Of a DNA stretch of 64,000 nt, positions 49,501-61,620 are shown one piece after another. This DNA comes from Carcharhinus longimanus (Eukaryota): assembly GCA_030264375.1 (NCBI GenBank), contig JASCQW010000027.1:26760105-26824104 (forward strand), written 5' to 3'. The number at the start of each line of letters is the position of its first letter. The first letter of the stretch is position 1. The notes beneath the pieces were generated by a model. That model was not told the DNA's origin and did not search any database. It worked only from the letters and a program-made list of their open reading frames with translations. The position numbers and the translations under genes are program-made.

Positions 49501-51750
49501 TCCAAACTGGCTCCTGGAAATCGTGACAGGGCGGGAGGGAAATCTTCCAGCTTGCCGAAATCAGTAGGATATGGATTAAAACTGGAAAGTACAATTCTGG
49601 GTCCCAGCAATTGTCCCTCAAATAACTTAAACGTCCCGGACGAAAGATCAACTCTCTCTGGAAAATCATCTCCGGAGCAAGAACTTGCGAGAATTTCAGC
49701 AGGGAGCCGTCTGGTTTGGCGTTATTCCTTTTTTTACCCCATAGCGATAATTTTTTTTTATAACTATGACAATCTCAGTCGGGATATCCGCCGGAGGGCC
49801 GCCGGCGCCCGAGTGGGGGGGGGAGGGTCGAGGAAATCCGAACAACAGACTAACGTGGGTAACTTTTGGCCATTTCTTGCTCCGAGCCCTTTATTGGAGC
49901 ATGCAAGACAGTGTTAGATTTCCCCCTCCCCTAATGTTACCTCGCCGTTAACCTCAAGCTGGCCAGCTGATGAATTCTTTATGTTTCGCTGTGGACACGG
50001 TAGGGTTTGAAACGAATTGTATCTGAATTTTTCACAGTAACTTCGTTGCAGTGTCAATGGAAGGCTACTGGTGTCACTAATAAATAAACGTTAACGTCCT
50101 GGGAACGTTACTTTAACACCGACCCCCTCCCTCTGTGTGTGTCTCTCTCAATTGTCTTTTGCTAACAGCCCGCACAGGAGCAGACTATTTCAGAATGGAT
50201 TCGAGGAGAGTAAATGAATGTGAGCTCTGGCCGCGGCCCATTCAGTGCACTGAATCTGCCCAGCCAGCAGGGTTTTGAACTCAGACCTCAGGTTAGCTTG
50301 AATTAAGTCCACGGGAACGCCAAACCAGCGACTGGCCACGCCCTACACTTAGAGGATGAGGCTTGAACTAATCTCATTTCCAGCATCGGCACTATTTCAC
50401 TTTCAGTTGAAATAATCATGTTAACACACTGAGTGCCAAATAAACCTCAAGATTATTTTCCGAGTCAAACCCAGCACCCAATGACTGGGAGACTGCGATT
50501 CAGGGATGTGAGGGTGTGGTGTCATCTAGTTAATTCGCCGTGTTTGCCTGATCTTATTGGACTCTCGATGGCAGTAATCGCTAATGTTAAGAATGCCCGA
50601 GAGGGTGAGAAGTCCCACATCCCAGCTTTCAGCCTGTGCTTCCATTCATTGAGCAGAAGCTCCTACACCAGGCACTGTGCACCTAGAACAGGTAGGTATC
50701 GTTCTTTGGGAGCTTTACCAATTAAATGCCAAGTGCAACATCTGGCCAGAGCGCGGTAGGTTGAAGATACTAACTTGGGAGTTAACCAAAAAAAAGAATC
50801 TGGAAATGGAGCAGTGCAGCCGTATAGGTCAGTATCCTTTTCTAAACAAAATCAAACGGATTTCTCGTCTCCAGTCCGCAAAATGATAAGATCCTTCGCC
50901 TCTATTTAACTGAGACATTCAGCTTAATTTGGGTTCTCACTTTCCGGCTCTTTCTGACTACTTCCCTCCGCCCCAGCAAGATGCTGTCCTTGTAAGGTTA
51001 CAAATACAAGCACTAGCCGCCGGATTTAATATTGATTTCATACCGCGCGGGAATACTTGTTAAAATTCCTGTGGATAAACGTAGGATTGCCAACAGGATT
51101 GCAGCAACACCTTTATTCCATGACAGTTCGATTAAGAGCGGACTTCACGTTGTTTGAAACCCATTACATGTGGCAGTTCATTGTGAGCGGATTTTATCAT
51201 CGGTTGGGGTAGGTTAGTTTTGTTAACTTTAATTAAGGCAATTTAATGTGGGACAGCTACACCGCCTGTACTTCTGACTCGGCAGCTAGGTGCTGCACAC
51301 AGTGAATCCACCTCAAGTGAAAAAACATTCATTCATTGTGGGCGGGCACTAGCTCGCAACGCTTTCATTCATAGTCAGAGCTGCCAAGCAACTGGGAAAT
51401 GGATCGGCGATTAGCTGTGTCTGGAAAGTGATCCGAGTTCACCACTATATCCGCGCTGTATAATCAGCTTGGTAATCATGTCCCTAATCAGTCCCTAATT
51501 CTGGGAACTGGTAACTGAAGCTGCCTAATATCCACAATTAACACTAGCTTCTCTTTCCTGTATTATAAACTTTCATCTGGACAATGACCCATCATTCCAC
51601 GATCACTGTTTACGGTCGAGACAAAACTCGCTTTAAATCAAAATATCAGAAATAACACACCAAGCCTCGCAGACGAGAGAGGTTGCCTTATAGTTTGATT
51701 TTTAAAACGTGTTTTCTGCCGCCTATTGCTGTCCTGTGTTATAACTCCCC
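46560..51750. promoter_or_regulatory. Second CpG-enriched domain upstream of LIN28B
   Basis: Dense CG dinucleotides (e.g. ccggagggccgccggcgcccg at about 49790) with few young repeats; judged by eye. Confidence 0.5.
47590..47777 (+). mobile_element. SINE 3' half, same family as 25485-26000
   Basis: tttagggaaggaaatctgccatccttacctggtctggcctacatgtga..ctagggatgggcaata..gaatgaataaa. Confidence 0.75.
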
Positions 51751-51944
51751 CTGAGCGATTTTCTCCCAGTTAAAAGATGCAAACTTGCTCACAAGAATAT
51801 AATAGGTCCGTGTTTTGTACACCTTTGTCCTGTGTGAAATATTGAACATCTCATCATCAGAGACCACTGACAACTTGTCAGATATTTAAAAAAAACAGTA
51901 TGACTGCCATTCATTAATTTTCATAACGGGTGTTTTAAACAATA

Positions 51945-54250
51945 TTTTAAATGTATATTGTACCTTTTGACGTAACAGAACATCGAAGGATGTTATCAAA
52001 CAAAACAAAAAAGGACCTCAAACCACGTTGAGACAGTAGGACAAATGACCAAATGCGTGATCAAATGTCTTGAAAAAGGAAAACAAGGTGGAACACTGTA
52101 GGCAGGTAACTCCGGAGCTTAAGGGCCAAATAGTTCAAAACAGGGACATCATTGTTGGAGCCTTTAAAACCAGGAATGCTCGAGAAGCCAGAAGTAATGG
52201 AGGCAGGTATCTCAAGGCATGTGAGGCTAAGGGAACTTAGAAGATCAGGGACAGGGCATGAGGGATTCGAAAAAAAAGAATGAATTTTATCTTTTAAAAA
52301 GCATTTAGATAGTTATATGGGTACAATGGGTATAAAGGGATATGGGCCAAATGCAGGCAATAGGGATTAGTTTAAGGGGTTTAAAAAAAAAGGACGGCAT
52401 TGACAAATTGGGCTGAAGGGCCTGTTTCCATGCTGTAACCCTCTATGACTAATATCTAAACACCAGGAGACAGTGAACAGTTTTTTTTAAATTTATAGAA
52501 GCACAAGTATGAAGTTACTGTGAAAATCTCCTGGTTGCCACACTCCAGCGCCTGTTCGGGTACACAGAATTTAGCATGGACAATGCACCTAGCCAACATA
52601 TCTTTTAAAGTAATAATTTTTATTTATTAGTCACAAGTAGGTTTACATTAACACTGCAATGAAGTTATTCTGATAATCCCCTAGTCACCACATTCCAGTG
52701 CCTGTTTGGGTACACAGAATTTAGCATGGACAATGTATCAGTGATGTGGAGATGCTGGCATTGGACTGGGGTAAACACAGCAAGAAGGCTCACAACACCA
52801 GGTTAAAGTCCAACAAGCTTCTTTGGTAGCACAAGCCACTAGTTTTCAGAGTGGCTGCCCCTTTATCAGGTAAGTGGGAATTCTGTTCATAAACCAGGCA
52901 TATAAAGACACAAACTTTGTCTTTATATGCCCTGTTTGCAATGCATCAAACCAGCACATCTTTTGGAATGTGGGAGAAAGCACATGGAGGAAACACACAG
53001 TCACAAGGAGAACATACAGACTACACAAAGACAGGGACCCAAGCCAAGAATTGAACCCAGGTTCCTGGTGCTGAGGCAGCAGTGTTAACCACTGTGCCAC
53101 AAGATAATGGCCCCAGGGATGATGAGTGAATGGAACTTGATGTGAGCAAGGGCATGGGTAGCAGTACTTTGAAGGACACCGAGTTTAGAGGAAAGAAGGT
53201 GGGAGATGAAGCAGGAGGTCTAAATAGAATAACCAAGTCAAAAGATAACAAAGGTCCAGTTGAGGGTTGCAGTAGCAGATGAGCTAAAGGGCAGACCCCA
53301 AAGATGTTACAGTGGTAAAAATAAGCGATCATAGTTATGGTGCACTGTATCACTCATCTTGGTCAAATATGAAGTAGGTGTTTCAAAGAGCCTCAGGCAT
53401 TCGCCTGGGGGAAGGAGGAAGTTGGTAGCTTGGCAGGAGTGTTTGTGATGGGCACTGCCAAAAACATTAGCATCAGTCTTCCCCACATTCCTCCAGGGTA
53501 CCACAGTGGTTAACACTACTGCCTTACAACACCAGGGACCCAGGTTTGATTACTAGCTTGGGTCACCGTCTCTGCAGAATCTGCATTTTATCCATGTCTG
53601 TGTGGGTTCCTCCGAGGGCTCCAGTTTCCTCCCATGGTCCAAAAGATGTGCTGGTTAGGTGCATTAGCCATGCTAAATTTTCCTTCAGTGTATTCGAACA
53701 GGCACCAGAGTGTGACTGGGAGATTTTCACAGTAAGTTCATTGCAAGGTTAATACAAGCCTACTTGTAACACTACTAGATAAACTTTTAAGATACCCAAA
53801 GAGGACATTTTTGCTCACGCAGTACTGATGCTAGAATAAGCAGTCTAATTTTTTAGAAAAATAACAGAGAAACAGAGTGGTAATTGTGAGGTAGAGCTCA
53901 ATGTTGTCAGCGTGTACATGGGAAATATGAAGGACAAACGGTAGATGTTCGGGTGGGGATAAGGGATACCAGAGGTAATATTGAGAGAACAGGAAGTTAT
54001 TAAAAGTGATGCTCTGATTATGATGAGATAGGTATGAAGAGTCTTTAAGAAGTGGTGTAAGGGGTATCCAGTTATAGAAGGTTCAGGAGAGAATTGCAGA
54101 GCTGTAGGTCAAAATGCGGTGAAAGCTTTCTCATTGAACGTGAAGGGAAAAGTGCCAAGGTTAGAGATGGAAGAGGTTGCACAAGTAGGAACAAATCTGA
54201 ATTTAATGTACCAAGTGATGAAGAGTCACTGGAAGCCAGCAAGGCCAAGA
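51945..54250 (-). mobile_element. Old L2-like LINE remnant with nested CR1 tail (52295-52450), type-B V-SINEs (52490-53100 minus, 53497-53790 plus) and a Penelope end (52740-52935 minus)
   Basis: Purine-rich L2-like matrix (gaggtagagct..tgttgtcagcgt.tacatg), with SINE and Penelope motifs as seen elsewhere in the window. Confidence 0.65.
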
Positions 54251-54469
54251 CTGATAATGCATTCTAAAGCCTGTTCCCTTGTAAGAGAAAACTGAAAAAT
54301 CTCAGCAATATTCAATGGTGCCACTGTTATTCAGAACCTAATATCAACTTATTGGAATCTTCATTGACTTAACTAGGTCAGTGTGGCAAAAAGAATGAGT
54401 GTTCTGTAATGTTTGGATCATATCCTTATTCTCCACAGGCTTTTTTTTAAACCAGGTTATTGGGATGTT

Positions 54470-54662
54470 TTTGATTTGATTTATTATTGTCACATATTGT
54501 ATACAGTGAAAAGTATTGCTTTTTGTGCACTATACAGACAAAGCATACCATTCAAAGAGAAGGAGAGAGTGCAGAATGTAGTGTTACAGTCATAGCTAGG
54601 GTGTAGAGAAAGATGTAGGTCCACTCAAAAGCCTGATGGCAGCAGGGCAGAAACTGTTCAGA
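54470..54662 (-). mobile_element. Rex1-type LINE 3' end
   Basis: Reverse complement of about 55000-55195. Confidence 0.8.
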
Positions 54663-54737
54663 ACTGTGGTGGCTTCACACAATCCTCCATTACCATCAAA
54701 TTGTGCCTTCAGGGAAGATTACAGAAACTCACCCAAG

Positions 54738-55197
54738 ATACAAATACACCATAGAAAGCATTCTTTCTGGTTGTATCACAGCTTGGTATGGCTCCTGCTC
54801 TGTCCAAGATTGCAAAAAATACAATAGGTCATGAATGAAGCCCAGCCCATCACGCAAACCAGTCCCCCAATCATTGAGACAGTCTGCACTTCCCATCGTC
54901 TCAGAAGAGCATCCCACACACCCCAGACATTCTCTCTTCCACCTTCTTTCATTGGGGAAAAAGATATTAACGTCTGAGGACACATGGCAACCAACTCAAG
55001 AACAGCTTTTTTCCTGCTGCCGTCGGACTTTTGAATAGACTTACCTTGTATTAAGTTGATCTTTCTCTGCACCCTAGCTATGACCATAACAATACATTCT
55101 GCACTCTCTATGTATGGTATGCTTTGTTTGTATAGCACACAAGAAACAATACTTTTCACTGTATGCTAATACATGTGGCAATAATAAATCAAATTGA
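54738..55197 (+). mobile_element. Rex1-type LINE 3' part with tail
   Basis: 54747-54860 overlaps 13567-13680 (accatagaaagcattctttctggttgtatcacagcttg), which links this tail to the Rex1 RT. Confidence 0.88.
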
Positions 55198-56007
55198 TAT
55201 TTTAATTGCATCTCTACCTTCGGTTACAGGGTCTGCAACAAGACCGAAAAATGTTATCATTCACTATTGGCTTCAAGTTTCTCTCAGAATAACTCACCAT
55301 CTTTCCTTGTGCATATAATTAGTCTTCATCATCACCTGATTGAATCCAATTAAATCATTACCTAACCATCAAGGATGCATAATAATAATCAATTAAAGGA
55401 GGTTCATCATCACTGACTCATGGCTGTTAACAATGAGCAATAAATGAAGTCTCACTAGCACTGTCCCCACTCTGTGAATCAGAAGACAAAGTGGTGACAT
55501 TTTGGGTTTGGGTGAGGTGTGTGCAATGGAGCTGGAGAGAATGTTAAGATGATGTGGGTAAGGAATAAATGGTGTTGGTGGTGAGGTCAGGATAGAGGTG
55601 TGACGTTATAGGAGATGGAAACACTAAAAAAAGTTTGAAGCTCAACTTGGGATAAAATGAGACATACCATAATGTCTATCGGACCATGGGATTATGTCCA
55701 AGAAGGGGAATAGATAGATAGATTGGAAGCTTCAGTCCAGAGTTGACAAAGTTGAGCTGGATGTCTTTGGACTTGCAATAAAGTGGTGGAGACATGTTTC
55801 TCGTACCATTCGGCTCCTTACACCCACAGCCCCTAATCCCCTTAACCACCAGGCTGGTGTCTTTATGAATATCCATCAGGCTACAAATGTGCTTACCAAT
55901 ATGAAAACAAAATGATTGTCATGGAGTATTAAGAATTATTTACGTTTAGAAAACCACATTAAATCAAAATAATCCACGTGAAGTAATAAGGTATCAAGCA
56001 TTATGCT

Positions 56008-56138
56008 TTTGATTCGATTTATTATTGTCACGTCTCAACATAGTGAAGAGTATTGTTTCTTGCGCGCTATACAGACAAAGCATACCGTTCATAAAGAAGG
56101 AAAGGAGAGAGTGCAAAATGTAGTGTTATAGTAATAGC
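56008..56138 (-). mobile_element. Rex1-type LINE 3' tail
   Basis: gatttattattgtcac..gtattgtttcttgcgcgctatacagacaaagcatacc. Confidence 0.8.
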
Positions 56139-56651
56139 ATTTCACCTTGGGTAGAAGAGAACTTGTTGTGCCCTATCTTTGTATATCGATATTTAACTGC
56201 AGAGATTAAAATAGAAAACTCCGCCCTAGTTACAGCAGAGGATAACTAGAACTGCCCACTTTAATGTGATAGTTTTGTTTGTGTTTAACGAAGCGTCACT
56301 ATATGTATCAGAAGTTACAATTAACTCCAGGGCAAATAAAGCAATCAGATGAGACGTTCATTTGCATGTTTCCAGAAGCGAACAAGCCCGTGTGTATTAT
56401 TTTAAAGTAATTTATAACAAGCGTGAAACAAAAGATTTTTTGTGTTTGCGTTTTTTTCAAAGTCACTCGTTTCTTATTCAGAATTCAGGAAATGACGCAA
56501 ATGACATTCAGGGACAGAGACCTGAAGAAAGCTTTGGTAAAAATCAATCCAAAGTAGTATAGATCCATCAGCACCCACCCACCATCTGTCCCTTGCTCAT
56601 CCTCTCTCAAGTGATAACTCACACACATTAGCAGCCCCTTAAAAGGTATAG

Positions 56652-56735
56652 ATAAAAGCAAATGACTGCGGATGCTGGAATCTGAAACAAAAAGAGAAAA
56701 TGCTGGAAAATCTCAGCAAGTCTGACAGCATGTGT
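56652..56735 (-). mobile_element. Family-2 Penelope-type repeat, 3' part
   Basis: taaaagcaaatgactgcggatgctggaatctgaaac..aatgctggaaaatctcagca. Confidence 0.7.
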
Positions 56736-57651
56736 GCATGTGAGAGAACAAAGCTCGATGAATGAGCAACAAGGAGCTGTAATTATCCCTGAAACTAGAT
56801 GNNNNNNNNNNNNNNNNNNNNNNNNNNNNNNNNNNNNNNNNNNNNNNNNNNNNNNNNNNNNNNNNNNNNNNNNNNNNNNNNNNNNNNNNNNNNNNNNNNN
56901 NNNNNNNNNNNNNNNNNNNNNNNNNNNNNNNNNNNNNNNNNNNNNNNNNNNNNNNNNNNNNNNNNNNNNNNNNNNNNNNNNNNNNNNNNNNNNNNNNNNN
57001 NTAAGCTAACGGCTAGTAACGAGGCTAATGCTACTTTTAGCTTCACTGCCTTTTTTTTAAAGCAACAGGATCTGATTCAGCATGGATTAAAACAGCAGTT
57101 TGGAGGGTTGCAGGGCAGGAAGGGCTTTGCAGCACAATAAGGCAGTCGCCATCAAGAGAACTAAAAGTATCCCACCCCCAACCCCCCTCTTTCAGAGTTT
57201 GCAGCTTGATTATACGACACCAGCTATTTATCAATTAGCCTGGGTGCTGGGCTGACCGCTGCCGATGCACTGAAGCCTGGAATGAGTGAGCCAGCAATTC
57301 CCCCTCTTTGCCGTTTTGTGCAAGAGGATTGACACAAAGGCAGTGAGAAAAGATGTGAAAGAATAAATAATGGATCATCTCTGCATCCCTTTGAGAAACG
57401 GGTTACAACTACCAGTAAACACTGATGACGAACCGGCAGAGAGTTGATCGCCTCGCAATTCAGAAGCGATGCCAGACAGCTGACGGATTGCAATAGGATT
57501 TTGGTCTTAGATTATTCTGCTACTTCTGGATCCTTTTCGCACATGAATATANNNNNNNNNNNNNNNNNNNNNNNNNNNNNNNNNNNNNNNNNNNNNNNNN
57601 NNNNNNNNNNNNNNNNNNNNNNNNNNNNNNNNNNNNNNNNNNNNNNNNNNN

Positions 57652-57845
57652 AATTCCCTGCCCAGTTGAGGCTCCCTCATTGAATGTTTTTAAGGCAAGG
57701 ATAGATAGATTTTTGAACAGTAAAGGAACTAAGGGTTATGGTGGGCGGGCGGGTAAGTGGAGCTGAGTCCACGGAAAGATCAGCCATGATCTTATTGAAT
57801 GGCGGAGCAGGATCAAGGGGTCACCTGCTCATAGTTCTTAAGTAT
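57652..57845 (+). mobile_element. CR1/HER1 3' end
   Basis: atagatagatttttgaacagtaaagg..agatcagccatgatcttattgaatggcggagcagg. Confidence 0.85.
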
Positions 57846-58170
57846 CTTAAGTACACCACCTTGTTTCGGTTATGTCATCCTTAACCCACCCACCCAACAA
57901 AATCTCTCAACCTCAGTTTTGTCATTTTCAATTGACTCCCCAAACCCCCAACAGCTTTTTGACAATCCACAGCTCTGCTTGGTGATTTACTGGTGTCAGG
58001 GTCACTTGTCTGAAATGATCTTAGGAGAGGGACACATCACCATGACAACCTGGCCCCACAAGTGGATTGAGGGGAGGTAACTAAACAGCACAAACGTTAA
58101 CCACCGGTACACGTTATTCCATCCCGGACAGGGCCAGCTCGCCGAGTTCGAAAGGAGGCTGGCTGGTGGC

Positions 58171-58335
58171 TAAAAGCAAATTGCTGTCGACATTGGAATC
58201 TGAAACCAAAGAAAAAAAGGCTGGAAAATCTCAGCAGGTCTGGCAGCATCTGTAAGGAGAGAAAAGAGCTGACGTTTCGAGTCCAGATGACCTTTTGTCA
58301 AAGTTGATTTTCCAACATTTTCTGTTTTGGTTTGT
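58171..58335 (-). mobile_element. Family-2 Penelope-type repeat with hammerhead motif
   Basis: Minus strand reads TTGACAA-a-aggtcatctggactc-GAAA-cg-TC-agc (58268-58304). Confidence 0.78.
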
Positions 58336-58439
58336 TATGTCTAGAATCCGTTTCAGCAAATAATGATCTATGATCTAATGATTAGACACTATATGAATTA
58401 ATGCTATTGGTGTGGTCTACAAGGCAATTAGCCACAGTC

Positions 58440-58625
58440 CACACAGCAGTCCAGGGAAGAGAGACAAGTAATTACATAGCTTGAGGGGCACCACGCTGCA
58501 TCAAACATGGGGCAAGACAAGGAGGCAGAGCTCCATGAGCTACCACAGCTAGCATAGGGATTGAACCCACTCAGTTGGCATCATTCTGTACCATAGTTTG
58601 GTCATCTAGCCAACTGAGCTAACCA
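58440..58625 (-). mobile_element. tRNA-derived SINE, separate family
   Basis: Minus strand head ggttagctcagttggctaga (A-box) and gggttcaatccc (B-box). Confidence 0.6.
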
Positions 58626-58649
58626 ACAAGCCCTCTAAGCATTAGTTTT

Positions 58650-59000
58650 ATTTGTTAGTGGTAACACACTCATCTCGGAAGCTTGTAGGTTCAAGTCCCA
58701 CTTCAGGAGACTTGACCACATAATCTAAACTAGCACTGAGGGAATGCTGCACGGTTGGAGGTGCAGTCTTTCGAAATCAAGTCCTCATCTGATCTCTCAG
58801 GTAGGTGTAAAAGATTCCATGATACCAATTGTTGGATGAGCAAACTATCCCTAATGTACTGGCCAATAGTTAGCCCTCAATCAACATTACTGGCAAATAA
58901 CGATTCCATTCATTCACCTTCTTGCTGCTTGTTGAAGCTTACTTTATGCAAATTAGCCATGTTCTCCTCCCCACTATTTCAATAGTGACTACACTTCATT
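58650..59000 (+). mobile_element. DeuSINE/SacSINE1-like SINE, near full length
   Basis: ggttcaagtcccac, actgagggaatgctgcac..ggaggtgc.gtctttcg, ctctcaggt.g.tgtaaaagat.ccatg, tagtgactacacttca. Confidence 0.8.
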
Positions 59001-59029
59001 TCCTCTGCATGTTGAGATATTAATTTAAA

Positions 59030-59145
59030 ATTAAAGTCTATTTATTAGTCACAAGTAAGGCTTATATTAATACTGCAATGAAGTTATTGTGAAATTCCTC
59101 TAGTTGCCACATTTGGCATTTGTCGAGGTCAATGCACCTAAATCA
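59030..59145 (-). mobile_element. Type-B V-SINE tail fragment
   Basis: tatttattagtcacaagtaaggctta..actgcaatgaagtta.tgtgaaa. Confidence 0.75.
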
Positions 59146-59334
59146 GTAACCTAATAGTGACTGCACTTCGTTGCCTGTGCATGTTGAGATATTAATTCAA
59201 GTTCTTGTTTTCTGTCACATCATTTCTTGCCACTAACCTTATATTTTACTTTTGTAATCCATTGAAAAAGTTTGTTTTAAAGTGTTTATGGAGTATTCAG
59301 TCACAGATGAGTATTGAATGTTTAGTCACCAAAT

Positions 59335-59630
59335 TATGATCTTAGCTGATCTCAGCTAAAATGATTGTATAGATGATTTAATTGGCCTCAGCATCCTGCA
59401 ATGAAGAGTCACACAGTGACTGGATTCCCACCACAGATTATCAAATTATTGGAAGTGTGCGCTCAACGTTTCACAAGGATTAGGCTTTGCTGTGATGCTC
59501 CTCATGGTGGAATAGCTGCAAATATTAACTGGCAACACTTTCTGGTGAGAAACTAGAAGTGAATTTGTGCACCTGAAACCATACCCAAGGGAAAATAGTT
59601 CTATTTTAAGAGGGGAGAAAGAGAGAAATT
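59335..59630 (+). mobile_element. Ancient tRNA-SINE (AmnSINE2-like)
   Basis: ttagctgatctcagct..aattggcctcagc..aggattaggctttgctgtgatgctcctcatggt.gaatagc. Confidence 0.55.
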
Positions 59631-60344
59631 ACAACACATTTAAAACTTGTTGACAATGACTATTTCACATACACAAGGAGAGAGANNNNNNNNNNNNNNN
59701 NNNNNNNNNNNNNNNNNNNNNNNNNNNNNNNNNNNNNNNNNNNNNNNNNNNNNNNNNNNNNNNNNNNNNNNNNNNNNNNNNNNNNAATCAGGCTCGTTCA
59801 CTAACCGAGACCCCATGAATAAGATTAAATACGTTTAATACATATTTCAAGTAATACTTCATTATGAAATATCAACTTCACATGGTAAAAGAAACATAAA
59901 TTTACACTTGAGCCACTTGGAACTACAGTTACTACTCTTAGGAAGGCTAACTCTGCAATCATTTCATGCATAACAAGGTCCCATTGAGTGTTATGGGATG
60001 AAATACTAGTAGTTAATCTGGTTCTTGGTAGATTTTGAGGGAAGACAGTTAGCCAGAACAATAGCAAACTATTTAGCTCCTCAAGCTTGTTCTGCCATTC
60101 TACGAAATCATGGTTATCTGTAGGTCAATTGCATTTATCGACCTAATCCAGTCCAAATAGAGCCTTTAAACACCCATTAAAATTGAAACCATGGTGGATT
60201 GCGACTCAATTTACTGTCCCATCCAAAAGACAGCACCTTCATCAATGCAGCATAGCCTCAATATTAATCTCAAACTGTTGTGTTTCAGTGCATGTGCTCA
60301 AATCCAAACATCTTTCCATCATACTGGGGAAATGCAATATAGAA

Positions 60345-60690
60345 TTACACAGAACAGGAATGTCCCTGATTTGATTGCTGACCTGTACAAGGTTTGTTGG
60401 TCTCTGATTGGAAGGCAGTTTAGTTGCAAGACAGCTGGCTAAAGAAGCAAAAAAAAATCAAAGTTCCTACTTTTAGTCACATCACAAAATCTGTCCTAGA
60501 AAATATGTATGTGTGGAGATGCAGCAAGGGCACTCAAGATCAACTGTGACACACCATGTTGTTAAATAGCTCCCCAATATTTGTCAGCTAAGCTTGCAGT
60601 GAAGAATAGCCATTTGGTTGAAGCATGCAGGACTGCCAACACCTGCAAAAGTGTATTGCAAAATGGAGGAGTGGAATTTTGAAAGGAATG
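60345..60690 (+). mobile_element. Ancient tRNA-SINE (AmnSINE2-like)
   Basis: acagaacaggaa.gtccc head; ctgtga..ccatg..aaatagc..tgaagaatagccatttgg. Confidence 0.5.
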
Positions 60691-61620
60691 AATGCAATAC
60701 AACCCTTCAATAAGTATATGAATTTATTATTTGAATACACAAACCAATCGCAGAGGATGGTACAGATTATATAACATACTCACACGGTGAATAGAAATGA
60801 ACAGAAACAAAGTTTAAAGGAAATGTACTTTCTTAAAAATCTCATGAAACGAGCAGGAGATAGAAGTTGGAGCAAAGTGGGGGTTGGGCTTAAATGGTCA
60901 GAATCAGATCTCTGATGTTGAACTATGGCCATGGGGAAAACAGAGGTTGAGGGCACATATGGTCCTAGTTAGCTCAAAATCAACCCTACCATTACGAGGC
61001 ATGTCCTGGAAACAGAGAGAAACAAATCAGGTGGAGAAATGAAAAAAAACACAAGAGCTTTCTGCTTAAAGAACGAAATGATGCAGTGGGATTTCATGAA
61101 CGTAACTAAAATAAAAATTCAAAATATTACTCCATTATCCCGAGCTCAAGATATTCTCTTATAAACAATCCTACTCTTTCATGTGATCGCTTAGTGACAA
61201 TGGTGCCAGTCACTCCATATCTGCAGTTTACAAGCTGGTTTGATTAAATTTTTGCTACCACAGTGTGGTCACTACAGCTGAGCAAGATATAAATGAGCAA
61301 TGATGCTGGTGTCAGATCCCAAAGCAGGGCAATTTTTTGCTGCAGGCAGTTTAAGGTCCTGGTTAATGAAAAAATATCCCATCTGTGGCTGTTGCTATCT
61401 GTTAATTCTGAACAAAATGTTCCAATTATCCCAATTCTCCTGCTATTGCACTAGTCCTGCAAGTTGCACCACTAATACAAACGGTCTCATTTGGGCCTAT
61501 GACAATACTAAGATGTGTCAAGCATAACAATATCAGGAGTTCTAAATTGTTCTTCACAATATTCATGATGCTAACAGTGCAGCTAAATAGATTGTAATAG
61601 CCTCCATCACACCAGTTCCA

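Noticed and set aside
45176-49917. ORFs of 100-186 aa in the upstream GC-rich region
   Set aside because: No recognisable domains; they overlap repeats or reflect stop-codon scarcity in GC-rich DNA.
57422-57470. CTGATGA as another hammerhead core
   Set aside because: No stem II or GAAA follows.
57224-57493. ORF ending VSPAP as a distal coding exon
   Set aside because: The only candidate donor is a poor GC site (cag/gctaat), and the matching peptide is in the wrong phase.
3728-58700. tRNA genes
   Set aside because: All A/B-box matches are SINE heads without a full cloverleaf.
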